From the IMG/VR virus record IMGVR_UViG_3300005529_000001, positions 248,001-312,000 of that record: a stretch of DNA of 64,000 bases. One strand, given 5' to 3'. The translations under genes and the position numbers were made by a program. How positions within the stretch are numbered: the first letter of the stretch is position 1; the number at the start of each line of letters is the position of its first letter. Shown here in pieces: positions 37,750-47,036 of this stretch. The notes beneath the pieces are model-generated. The model saw only the letters and a program-made list of their open reading frames with translations. It made no database searches and was not told where the DNA came from.

Positions 37750-38352
37750 CTAGTCGTCCTTCTTGGACTTCTTGGGCTTTTTGACTTGGATAATGGGACC
37801 ATCGATCGCGGCCGCTCGAGCGATCACGTACGCATCCGTTGCATCACGTGACCAATCAACGATGAGACCGCTCTTCTTCAGAGGCCACTTAACTTCCTTG
37901 AGATCATGTTCCTGCATGTGCTTGAAGACCTGTTCCTTTTGCGACATGCCTGCCACAGAAGTTCGTTGGAGCTTGATCCCCACGGCCTTGCGGGCATGGT
38001 TAGCACTGATGTATTCAGGAGTAACGTTGTAGATCTTCCGTGCCAAGTTGCTGACAATGCCGTTGAACCGAAGCAACATTGAGATCGTCTGCGCACTTGA
38101 CATCCCGGGCCTAAAACCCATCAACGGCTCTTCCAAGACGACGCGGTCAATAACAACGTGATACTGCGCGTTCAGGGTTCCCTCGATCGCTTTAAGCGCG
38201 TGTTCAACCAGATCACACTTGTCCCAGAACGTTTTGCATTTCTTGAACTCGATCCTGTCTAACAGGTAGTGATCACCTGCAGGCCAATCGCTGTTAAGAA
38301 CGCAGTACCCCGTACACGAGGTGCTGACGTCAAGGCCCAAGATGACTGCCAT
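37750..38352 (-). CDS. RuvC-like Holliday junction resolvase
   Basis: ILGLDVSTSCTGY, VVLEEP, L.RFNG, KEQV, DATDAYVIA. Confidence 0.8.
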   Translation of the reverse strand: MAVILGLDVSTSCTGYCVLNSDWPAGDHYLLDRIEFKKCKTFWDKCDLVEHALKAIEGTLNAQYHVVIDRVVLEEPLMGFRPGMSSAQTISMLLRFNGIVSNLARKIYNVTPEYISANHARKAVGIKLQRTSVAGMSQKEQVFKHMQEHDLKEVKWPLKKSGLIVDWSRDATDAYVIARAAAIDGPIIQVKKPKKSKKDD

Positions 38353-38388
38353 GCACAGATCGTGGCCCACAAACACTCACAGTAAACT

Positions 38389-38787
38389 TTACTTCAACAA
38401 GCCAAGGAGCTTCAGCTCCTTCTCGGTCATTATCACCAAAGTGACACCGTGGGCTTGACACCACCCTGCAGCCGCCTTCAGCTTCTTCTGGACCCGAGCT
38501 TGGTCCAACTTCCGTTGGGGCTTGATCTCGACCAAAAGTTGTTGGCCATCTCGTAGTTGGACAAGGAAGTCAGGCCAGTATTGTCTGACTTTTCCCGTCT
38601 TTTTGTTCGAGATGTACTTGATCGACACATCTTCATACCGGTACCCCACGACGCTGTCATCAGCGTCTAGGTGTTGCATGTACGCAAACTCCCATCCCGA
38701 TCGGTAATGACACTCCTGGCCTGTCTTTGGAGACACATGGATGCCCGTGTGGTAACGCTTCTTCCGTTTTCGCTTTTTAGCTACCAT
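38389..38787 (-). CDS. gp4-like head completion nuclease (TnsA-like PD-(D/E)XK)
   Basis: YRSGWE...LD, YWPDFLV, VEIKP, K..AA. Confidence 0.8.
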   Translation of the reverse strand: MVAKKRKRKKRYHTGIHVSPKTGQECHYRSGWEFAYMQHLDADDSVVGYRYEDVSIKYISNKKTGKVRQYWPDFLVQLRDGQQLLVEIKPQRKLDQARVQKKLKAAAGWCQAHGVTLVIMTEKELKLLGLLK

Positions 38788-38794
38788 GATGTCA

Positions 38795-41653
38795 TCAAAA
38801 ATCGTGCTTAATCTTGAACATCACACGATCACCCGTCCGTTTTTGGATCGGCTGCGCTAGTGTCGTCTTCATCACCACGTTCATATCGCTGTCGTGGAAG
38901 TTGATGTTGGTAACATAAGAAAAAGTGTTTTCAGGATCGTTTGGGTAACCTGTCGGTGGTACAGCCTTGAAGGCTGGGTTGCTCGATGAGTTCAGCTGGT
39001 TGTTGGGTGCGATGGCGTCAATCTTCATCACGTGGATGTGTTGCTCACCCCGCAAGTACATGCTGTACTGGTTGGCACCATAGAAATAGAGGTGCGGGCT
39101 CTTGATGACGACCTCCCCCTCATCGTAATAGACATTACCCACGCTGTTCCACGTTGACTGGCTTGTCACGCAATCAGCGCGATAGATGTTGCCACGACCA
39201 TCATCAGCCAGGGTGATGCTGATGGGTCCTACAAAGCTGGCGGTGTTTGACAGAGCGCTAGCACCGTACAGGCTTGAAAACAACAGATCAGGGTCGGTAA
39301 ATGTCAATGTCGTGGGATTGATCCGAAACCCGTAAAACAAGTTGCTAACATCAAAGACAACAACTTCGTTTGATGATGGGTCTTGTGTCCGTTGGTAGAC
39401 CGTCAGCGGAGCACCTGCCTCGACGTCCGAACCCGAGGGCACTGTGTTGATGAAGTTGAACATGGCTGGACCCGCCTTTTGGAAGGGGGTCTCAGGTGTA
39501 GCACCGATCTGTGTGTTAGCAAAAGCGTTAACCTGAACAGAGGGTTGCGTCCCATCATCAAATGCACCTGCTCCAAAGAGCAACGTGCTAGACATCACCA
39601 TGTTATCAAGGTTGATGAAGCTAAGTTCATTAACACCCAAATCATCGACGGCGGTAACCAAGCTCTCCGATACCAACAACTGGAAACTGGGAACGAACAG
39701 CCCATCATCGCAGGGAAGGATTGTCAAGTTTCGTTTGATGACAAATGGCTGTGAATACAGGAAATCGTTACACGTTTCCGCGTTGGTTGATGTCTTGATC
39801 GCTACGCCAGTCAAATGATGAAGCAATGGGAAGTTTTCGCTAGCTAGGTCTTTGACAAAGTTCTCTAGGTTGATGTAATGACCCGCTACTCCAAATGACA
39901 ACGCAACGCTAAAGGGTTGGGTAGTTGAACCGTTGACCTCTTGGAAAGGTGTGACCAAGATACCACCGTGATCGATGACAAACTGACGGTAGGGTGCCTG
40001 GTTTGCAAAGAAGGGTGGAACATAAAGGGCATACGTGTTGTCTAGGAATGTCGGACCCACGCTGGTGCTGGTTGCGATGTCAAGGTCTGACATGTAACAC
40101 CGACGGATCGCAACGTCATGGAGCTCAGCATTCAACGGGTGATCAAATGCATAAGTTGCAGGTGTTTCAATGCCCGCAATGGGCCACATGTTGTTGAGGC
40201 CATCACGAAGGGCTGGCTGGTTTGCAAAGAACGCAGCCTGCGGGTTACTGCTGTTGTTTGGACCGTTGTAGTAGTTTCCCAAGACCAGCGTTGCAGGTTG
40301 GTCTTGGGTCACTCCCGGGATCTTTCCGTAAGAGTGTGAACCAAAGGTGACGATGTCCTGAAGAGATGGCGTGATCTGGTTTAGTGGCACCGTGAAAGTG
40401 CCAACATCTACGCCATCGACATTAAACGTTCCGACGCCGTTATTGGTGTATGTGGTCCCCCACCTGACGACAACGTGATGCCAGTGGTTTTGCCACAAGA
40501 CGTTGTCGTTAGATTGGAAAACCAAGTATGCTGATGGGTGAGCGCTAGCTGACTGGTTTCCAAACGTTCCAGACGCAATGTACCAGTCGCCTGACGATGG
40601 TTCTTGGTATAAGCTGCTGGGCGGTATGTCAGCAGATGATGATAGCTGCAATTGCAAGCGGAAACCAACAGGACGACCATTGGTGTCCTTGCTTGATCCA
40701 GTCACCAACGACAGACAGAACGTCGATGACAGGTGAAGGATGGTTCCTGCCTTGAACGTTCCGTTTGGGTTATCGGTGCTGTACCTGGGATTGATGTGGA
40801 AATCAAAACTGAACGAGCCCGACGGAGTGTAAGTGCCGCTACAGAAGCCATCGTGCCTGACCAGCAAGCCCTTTCCTCCATCGATGTTGGGATACAAAAT
40901 TGCGCTGTCGGATGGCACCACAGATGCTGTGAAGAAATTCAATGAGTTGTAGTTTGTGTAAGCCCAATGTGCGGTTGGGTAGACGCTGCGGTAGAAAGTG
41001 TTGAGTTGGTCTTTGATGACTAGCTTCCGCAGAGTGTTGCTGTTGAAATCGGGCGGGGGACTGAAGCGTTGTGGATCAAGAACTTCTTTCAATCGTGCAG
41101 CTTGCGGTTGAGCTGCGCAAGCGTTCATGTATTGTTGCATGATCGCTGGAAAGCTAGCGACCAACTGAGCGTTAGAGATCGTTCCATGGATCAACGAGAG
41201 GTATGTCCCATCTCCTGGAAGCAACGTGCTTCCCGATTTCATGTAGATGGTCCCACTCACCGTCACAGAAGTTGGGTTTGAGAGAACGAAACTCGATGGC
41301 GTCAATGCAGGATCACCCGCGGAAGGAAACTGGATCCCAACGAGCTTTCCGTTCGCAAAGGTGCAATAAAAGTTGCCATTGAACGGAACCGAGACGGAGA
41401 AATACGGGTTCCGCAGGCTCTTTGCAACAAAGGTGACCTGGCGTAACAGCGATGATAAGTCAGCATCGTCATGAGCCGACTCAACAAACGAGGAATCAGG
41501 CTGGACGTCTTTCTGGATCAGCGAGTGTCTCGGAAAGAGGTAAACGGAACCCGTTGACCCGTGGAGCGATGAGGACGTGTATGACCTGATCGGGTTAGTA
41601 ACGACGGTGAATGTTTCAACGTCTGATGGGTCTACGGCGTAGATCGATGGCAT
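38795..41653 (-). CDS. Large virion (baseplate/tail) protein with LamG-like domain
   Basis: WHHVVVRW LamG strand; VGNVYY..G; C-terminal YVTNINFHD....V.KTTLAQPIQK....FKIKHDF shared with 42529..43773. Confidence 0.6.
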   Translation of the reverse strand: MPSIYAVDPSDVETFTVVTNPIRSYTSSSLHGSTGSVYLFPRHSLIQKDVQPDSSFVESAHDDADLSSLLRQVTFVAKSLRNPYFSVSVPFNGNFYCTFANGKLVGIQFPSAGDPALTPSSFVLSNPTSVTVSGTIYMKSGSTLLPGDGTYLSLIHGTISNAQLVASFPAIMQQYMNACAAQPQAARLKEVLDPQRFSPPPDFNSNTLRKLVIKDQLNTFYRSVYPTAHWAYTNYNSLNFFTASVVPSDSAILYPNIDGGKGLLVRHDGFCSGTYTPSGSFSFDFHINPRYSTDNPNGTFKAGTILHLSSTFCLSLVTGSSKDTNGRPVGFRLQLQLSSSADIPPSSLYQEPSSGDWYIASGTFGNQSASAHPSAYLVFQSNDNVLWQNHWHHVVVRWGTTYTNNGVGTFNVDGVDVGTFTVPLNQITPSLQDIVTFGSHSYGKIPGVTQDQPATLVLGNYYNGPNNSSNPQAAFFANQPALRDGLNNMWPIAGIETPATYAFDHPLNAELHDVAIRRCYMSDLDIATSTSVGPTFLDNTYALYVPPFFANQAPYRQFVIDHGGILVTPFQEVNGSTTQPFSVALSFGVAGHYINLENFVKDLASENFPLLHHLTGVAIKTSTNAETCNDFLYSQPFVIKRNLTILPCDDGLFVPSFQLLVSESLVTAVDDLGVNELSFINLDNMVMSSTLLFGAGAFDDGTQPSVQVNAFANTQIGATPETPFQKAGPAMFNFINTVPSGSDVEAGAPLTVYQRTQDPSSNEVVVFDVSNLFYGFRINPTTLTFTDPDLLFSSLYGASALSNTASFVGPISITLADDGRGNIYRADCVTSQSTWNSVGNVYYDEGEVVIKSPHLYFYGANQYSMYLRGEQHIHVMKIDAIAPNNQLNSSSNPAFKAVPPTGYPNDPENTFSYVTNINFHDSDMNVVMKTTLAQPIQKRTGDRVMFKIKHDF

Positions 41654-41671
41654 GATTCCTGTCTAACTACC

Positions 41672-42493
41672 CTACACCACGATCCCAAGGTCCCTCATGA
41701 CCTGTCGGGTGATGTGGCGGTAATCGTTGAACCCGTTGGCCCGACTGTACTCTCGACCCGCCGCAGCGGTGTTCATCACCCGCTCCGTCAGCAGGAACTC
41801 TTCTGGTTTGACCTCCCAGATCTCCTTTGAACCATCGGTAAAGTAGACGATGAAGTCGGGCACGTGCCATCGCTTGTTGTTGTTATAGTAGTATGGGATC
41901 TTCAGGCTCTCGTATTCCCAGCCCTCGACCGTCGGGCTGGCGTCAAGGAACTTCATCGCCGCTTCCTCCCAGCTCGACTTGAAGAAGTGTTCCTTGGTAT
42001 TCTTCACCGACACGTAGGTTCCCTTCTTGTTCTGGGTGCCGTAGGACCGGAACCTGCCCTCAGTGATCGCCTGTGCCTTCTTCTCTGACATCTTGGCGCG
42101 CGTCTCTTCCGAGTGCTTGCGGCCGTACATGCCGTTGTTGGTGCCAGACCGCTTCTCACCCTTCGAGACCTCGCTCAGGTGGCGTTTCGTCTCCTCGGTG
42201 TGGCTCTTCCCCAGCCAGGGTCGCCATTCTCCTCGGGCTGCCTTTTCTTGGATCGTGGCTTTCGCTTTGGCGTGTGACGCAGGCGAGTTCAGTGCCTGGA
42301 TCGACTTCTGCCACGTCTCCGGGTGATCGTGCTTGTACTTGCCACGACACTTGTTGTCGCAGAAGTGCATCACTCCGCGATCCCTGGTCTTTGACCCTTC
42401 GATGATCGCTTCACAGGCATCACACTTGAAGCGATGGACAATGCTCTTGCGGTTGGTGACGAGAGATCGCCGCTCGATAATCTCCAGGAGCAT
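41672..42493 (-). CDS. Putative homing endonuclease: Zn motif + NUMOD3 + TnsA/gp4-like nuclease domain
   Basis: CDAC..FCDNKC; GKSHTEETK and MYGRKHSEETRAKMS (NUMOD3); KSSWE..HVPDF..EVKP; start moved to ATG 42493. Confidence 0.75.
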   Translation of the reverse strand: MLLEIIERRSLVTNRKSIVHRFKCDACEAIIEGSKTRDRGVMHFCDNKCRGKYKHDHPETWQKSIQALNSPASHAKAKATIQEKAARGEWRPWLGKSHTEETKRHLSEVSKGEKRSGTNNGMYGRKHSEETRAKMSEKKAQAITEGRFRSYGTQNKKGTYVSVKNTKEHFFKSSWEEAAMKFLDASPTVEGWEYESLKIPYYYNNNKRWHVPDFIVYFTDGSKEIWEVKPEEFLLTERVMNTAAAGREYSRANGFNDYRHITRQVMRDLGIVV

Positions 42494-42528
42494 GGCAATA
42501 AGTACCACGCACACTGGCGTTAGCAACG

Positions 42529-43773
42529 TCAAAAATCGAGGCGAACCCTAAAGGTCAGATCCCTCTCAGGCGACTTCTGGACGGGCCTGGACAACTTGGC
42601 GACCGCCAACAGGTTGTCGTTTGCGTCATACATGCCGACACTGGTGACGTACGTGAACGTCTGCTCGGTGTCTTCCTGACCCACATCGATGACAACGATG
42701 CGGTTTGTCGTGTCGGTGAACGTTGGGTTCGATGTGTAGTTGAACTCATCAGCTTCACACCTGCAGAAGATCAACGTTGAGTTGATGTTAGTGATGTTCT
42801 GAAACGTCAATGCTGTCTGTGATCCAGACCCCATGCGACAGGAAGCGATGTGATCAACGATGTTATCGATCGAGGCGCTGACCATAAAGTCAGGGATGAA
42901 CGCTGACTTGAACTGCGTCTGGGTACCCGAAGCTCCAAGGACTGTCGTTCCTGGCGGGGCCATCGCATCAATGGTTCCAGAAACGAATTGCGATCCTGAC
43001 GTGATCTTTGACATGTCAAGGACCAGGACCCCGCGATCATAGAACATCAAGCCCACGTTACGGGCGGTGTTTGCGCTGTCAACGACGTTGCCGACCTGCC
43101 CACCAAACGTCGACAGTTTGTTGGTCGCTGCTCCGATGTCAGTGTAGATAGCAGACCCTGACGTTGACGTGATAAATAGGTTGGGAACGCAGAGGTTGTT
43201 GGTCTCAGCTGGGTGAGTGCCGTCTCCAGTGCCAGCTGCTGATTCGTTGATCGACGCCGTCTGGAAGAAACGCATTGCGAACGTTTCACGCTTGATGCTG
43301 TCACGTGCAAACAGACGCTTGAACGCAACGAACAACGTGACATCCATCTGATCAGCGGGGTTGCTCGAATCGATCGGTGACGTGAACTTGCTTGTGGGTG
43401 AACCCAACAACGCGGTGGCAAACTGCCGGTAGACATCCATCTTCTCACGAACCATCAGCGATGAAGATGGGAACAGCTCCTTGCCAGCTGAGTCAACGCC
43501 AGTCTGGCTGGTCAGCTCAGTTGCTCCGCCCGGTTGCAAACCAACCGTCATGTCAAAGATGGAGTTGGCAGTTTGAAGGGTAAAATCCTGATCGTAAACA
43601 GTCTGGAACAGAGAGCTAGTGACTCCGGGACCGACGCCTCCCGTCACAAACACCTGGTACTTGCGACGAGAGACTGAACCGCTGATGTCCTGTTGAAGAA
43701 CATCGATCAACTGGTTCAAGAACGATCTAGCGGTCTTGATATCGCTGGGAAGAATCTCTTTGAACGTTGCCAT
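42529..43773 (-). CDS. Virion (baseplate-type) structural protein
   Basis: VGLMFYDRG, EFNYTSNPT, YVTSVGMYD..NLLAVAKLSRPVQK...RVRLDF. Confidence 0.65.
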   Translation of the reverse strand: MATFKEILPSDIKTARSFLNQLIDVLQQDISGSVSRRKYQVFVTGGVGPGVTSSLFQTVYDQDFTLQTANSIFDMTVGLQPGGATELTSQTGVDSAGKELFPSSSLMVREKMDVYRQFATALLGSPTSKFTSPIDSSNPADQMDVTLFVAFKRLFARDSIKRETFAMRFFQTASINESAAGTGDGTHPAETNNLCVPNLFITSTSGSAIYTDIGAATNKLSTFGGQVGNVVDSANTARNVGLMFYDRGVLVLDMSKITSGSQFVSGTIDAMAPPGTTVLGASGTQTQFKSAFIPDFMVSASIDNIVDHIASCRMGSGSQTALTFQNITNINSTLIFCRCEADEFNYTSNPTFTDTTNRIVVIDVGQEDTEQTFTYVTSVGMYDANDNLLAVAKLSRPVQKSPERDLTFRVRLDF

Positions 43774-43790
43774 GTATCAGGTCGCTCCGA

Positions 43791-44507
43791 TCACAGTTTC
43801 TGGTTGATGATGACAGCAATGTCTTGCACCGCGCCTGACTGGACGCCTGTCACCTTCATGTATGTCTTGATGAGCGTCTTATCAGCGGTTGTCCCATAGA
43901 CCTGAAACACTGCGTTAGACAGTGACTTGACGCTGATTGTGAACTGGACGCTGGATCCACCGAATGAGTTCTCAGCGGGTGACCGGGTCAGGATGTACGT
44001 GGCACGCTGGTTACCGTCCACGTTCTCAGGAGTATTCTGCAAGATCTGAACGAACAGGTTGGGAACGTCGAGAATGAACGTCTGATCCCGAAGCTCAACA
44101 TCGATCGTCGACTCATTCTGGATTGTCTGTTGGACGGTTACTGCAGCTGTCTTTTGGGTGTTGAGACCCAGGGTGATTGTCTCGTTGAGACCACTGACGT
44201 TGGCGTCGCCCGACAATGACAGCGCGGGCATGTATAGGAGGTTTGGGTTGCTGACACTGATCAACTTGTATTTTTGCGCGATAGCCTGGTTCGTCAGAGC
44301 TTCAAAGATCGAGGTGTTCTTTTCGATCTTTTCTGCACCGACAGTGCGGCCGTACTTGGTGACGATGCCGTAGTTTACCTCGTCATCGCCGAGAGCAAAC
44401 TTGTGAATCGAGAATGACCCGTCATTACGAGCCAAAAACTGTCGCCCGACGTCTGTCAGGACAGCGTCCAGAATGATGTTGTTGCTGCTGTTGTCGAGGA
44501 AGCCCAT
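43791..44507 (-). CDS. Virion structural protein
   Basis: MGFLDNS..ILDAVLT..GRQ.LA......I.KFALGDDEVNY N-terminus. Confidence 0.6.
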   Translation of the reverse strand: MGFLDNSSNNIILDAVLTDVGRQFLARNDGSFSIHKFALGDDEVNYGIVTKYGRTVGAEKIEKNTSIFEALTNQAIAQKYKLISVSNPNLLYMPALSLSGDANVSGLNETITLGLNTQKTAAVTVQQTIQNESTIDVELRDQTFILDVPNLFVQILQNTPENVDGNQRATYILTRSPAENSFGGSSVQFTISVKSLSNAVFQVYGTTADKTLIKTYMKVTGVQSGAVQDIAVIINQKL

Positions 44508-44518
44508 TTGCCTAGCCC

Positions 44519-45007
44519 TTACGTATTCCCCTCGTGAGCATCAACCGCCACATTCGGGGATGTCAAAAGCCTGACCTTCAAGTACTTGCGGTTTGGTGAA
44601 CCATCGTGTAGTTCCACACTCTCGGGCACGATGGGCCAATACATGAACGTCGTCCGGACCCCGGGTTGATCGATGTGTCCCAGGAGCAATTCAACCGCTA
44701 GTTCGACTCGATCTTCGAATTTTCCTTCTGGTATGACGAGACGATACGTGTTGACCATCCCAGTCAGTCGGTTCCTGATCTTCCTGGGCCCATCATCATC
44801 TATGACTTCGTCCTCAACTTCATAAGCAAACGTAGGTGCAGATAGAGCTCGAACCTGGACGTGCTCGGGAACTCGTTTTTCAAGCTGTGCAAAGACAGCT
44901 TGGTTCAGCTCGTTGATCCATGGCATCTGGTCAACAAAGTCTTGCGAGATGTAAGGTCGTTCAGCCCAGTTTTTCCAGAGCTGCTGGAACAGGTTCATGC
45001 CATCCAT
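44519..45007 (-). CDS. Hypothetical protein
   Basis: 162 aa ORF filling the gap; start may be 44998. Confidence 0.5.
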   Translation of the reverse strand: MDGMNLFQQLWKNWAERPYISQDFVDQMPWINELNQAVFAQLEKRVPEHVQVRALSAPTFAYEVEDEVIDDDGPRKIRNRLTGMVNTYRLVIPEGKFEDRVELAVELLLGHIDQPGVRTTFMYWPIVPESVELHDGSPNRKYLKVRLLTSPNVAVDAHEGNT

Positions 45008-45059
45008 CCTACTCCCCCGACACGATCTTGAAACTTGAGCTTGCTACGTTGTGCTGTCT

Positions 45060-47036
45060 TTACCTGGGCTTCAACTCGAGCGCGGTGTTTGTCCGCCGCT
45101 GTCCAAAGAAGAATTGCGGGCTTGACAACGTTTTTGTCAAGCCCATCTTTAGCTGATCATCGATTGTGATGTCGATGTCTTGGCTCTTCCCGTTGTCAAG
45201 GTTGATGAACTGCAACTTGTAGGAGCCACCCTTTTGTTTGGTGGCGATCACGTGTTCCATGCGGTTTTGATCATCATACAAGTAGTAGTACTCGGGATTG
45301 AAATAGAGCTTGCACGTCGTTGACTGTTGGCCTTGCACTTTGATCGTGTTGGTAAACACATCCCCGTCAAGATACAAGTTCGGGTAAGGTTTGGGAGCTC
45401 CCAAGTGAGAGACATGTTCTTTTTGCAACACGTTTTTGAATGGGTCCCACCACACCCGGTACTGGGCGCCTAGTGCTGATGTCTGTCCGTGAGCATCAAT
45501 GCACGCTACGGTGTAGATGAAACCCTTTTCTTTGGTAATCTGTGTTTGCCAGTTGAAATCATCATCTGTGTAAAACTGACAGGGTGATGTCAGGTATTCA
45601 ATCAGGTGTGGGTCAGGGTTTTCGTTGTCTGGGAATTTGACATCGCTATCATCGAAATTGTACTGCTTTTGCAACTGGAACGGGTGATTTACCGTGTTTC
45701 GCCTGAAGACCTGGAACTGTTTGACATCGCGTTGAGACCAGACCGGGAACGCCCACACGACAGTCAACTTGTTCGTTTCGTAGTTCCAGATGAAATCTAC
45801 GTCGGGTGGAGGAGGAGGGGGATCAAGAACTGTCGTGCTAACATAGACCTTGTTGGATGGCTTGCTTGACACAAGAACCTTGACAGTTGCGATATCACCG
45901 CTAACATCATCCACTGCGGGTAACGTTAGCTGAGCAATAGTGCGGATCTGGTAGCTGTAACGAGTGTGAAACTTGACCTTGAAGTCAGCTGACGTGCTAA
46001 CGTGAGAAGACTCGATGATGATCGGATCACACTTGACTGATGTTCCATCTGCTTTGATCTCAACCTTGTCTATGATGAAACCCACAAGCTCAGCTGAGTA
46101 TTTCTCATGATGTGCTGCCGTTGAACGGCGCTTGACTTCAATGAAAGGAACGAACGTCTTGTAGTCTTGTTCAGACACCGCTGGGTTAAACCGTTGGTTC
46201 ACAGCGTGTTTTACTTGCTTGGCATATGTGTGCATGTTTGACACATCAGCAGCTGACGTTGAAGTGGGATCGCTGATTGTCTTTTGCACCAGATCTTGCA
46301 TCAGCTTGCTGTTGATCTGAGCGTTTATGCCCACTCTCTTCAAACGCTCAAAGTAGTTGTTGATGACTCGTGATTGAACCTTGGGTCGAGCTAACGGCGC
46401 CGCAGCACGAGAAGTTGCTTGTTTTGACGTCTTGGGCGGCGTGTAAAACGTCGCACCGTATGCCTGATTTGGTTGTGCCAGCGCCCTTGATATGAAATGA
46501 GGTTGGATCGTCTTGGGTAACGTTACCGTCATCTGTTGCGCAGCTTTGTAATGACTGGTGTTCTGTGCTGACTCGTTTTCTAGAGTCGCTGTCGCAAGAG
46601 TTCCTGACACGAGATAGTGAACCTTGTTGTCGATCTCACCATCATGGAAGCTAACTGCAACGAACCCATCAATTGAGAAGTAATCTTCATCAACGATCTT
46701 GTTGATGTTGTCTTGGATCAACGTCCCATATTGAGCACCTGTGGTTCGATTCTTGTTGTTTCGTTGTTCTAGGTCACTAACCGCGTTTCCAACCGTGGCC
46801 AGTTTTGGGAGAGAGAACGCGAAGTTGACCTCACGAGGCACACGAGTCAATGACCACTGGATGAACTGGGCATCAATCGTAGCCGCTGGACGAGCAAGCG
46901 CCTCGGAAGGGACTCCTCCGCTGTCATTGACGCACTCATCCGTGGTGAAGAAGTTGTACTTGTAATCAGCCGTCAGGTTTTTGACCCGAGGTACCTCTAC
47001 AACGTAGACAAGTTTAGAAGGTTGACTTATGCTCAT
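45060..47036 (-). CDS. Large virion protein with FN3-like beta domains
   Basis: YSYQIRT, PPPPP.V....LTVVW....KQFQVFRR, YTVACIDAHG. Confidence 0.55.
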   Translation of the reverse strand: MSISQPSKLVYVVEVPRVKNLTADYKYNFFTTDECVNDSGGVPSEALARPAATIDAQFIQWSLTRVPREVNFAFSLPKLATVGNAVSDLEQRNNKNRTTGAQYGTLIQDNINKIVDEDYFSIDGFVAVSFHDGEIDNKVHYLVSGTLATATLENESAQNTSHYKAAQQMTVTLPKTIQPHFISRALAQPNQAYGATFYTPPKTSKQATSRAAAPLARPKVQSRVINNYFERLKRVGINAQINSKLMQDLVQKTISDPTSTSAADVSNMHTYAKQVKHAVNQRFNPAVSEQDYKTFVPFIEVKRRSTAAHHEKYSAELVGFIIDKVEIKADGTSVKCDPIIIESSHVSTSADFKVKFHTRYSYQIRTIAQLTLPAVDDVSGDIATVKVLVSSKPSNKVYVSTTVLDPPPPPPDVDFIWNYETNKLTVVWAFPVWSQRDVKQFQVFRRNTVNHPFQLQKQYNFDDSDVKFPDNENPDPHLIEYLTSPCQFYTDDDFNWQTQITKEKGFIYTVACIDAHGQTSALGAQYRVWWDPFKNVLQKEHVSHLGAPKPYPNLYLDGDVFTNTIKVQGQQSTTCKLYFNPEYYYLYDDQNRMEHVIATKQKGGSYKLQFINLDNGKSQDIDITIDDQLKMGLTKTLSSPQFFFGQRRTNTALELKPR

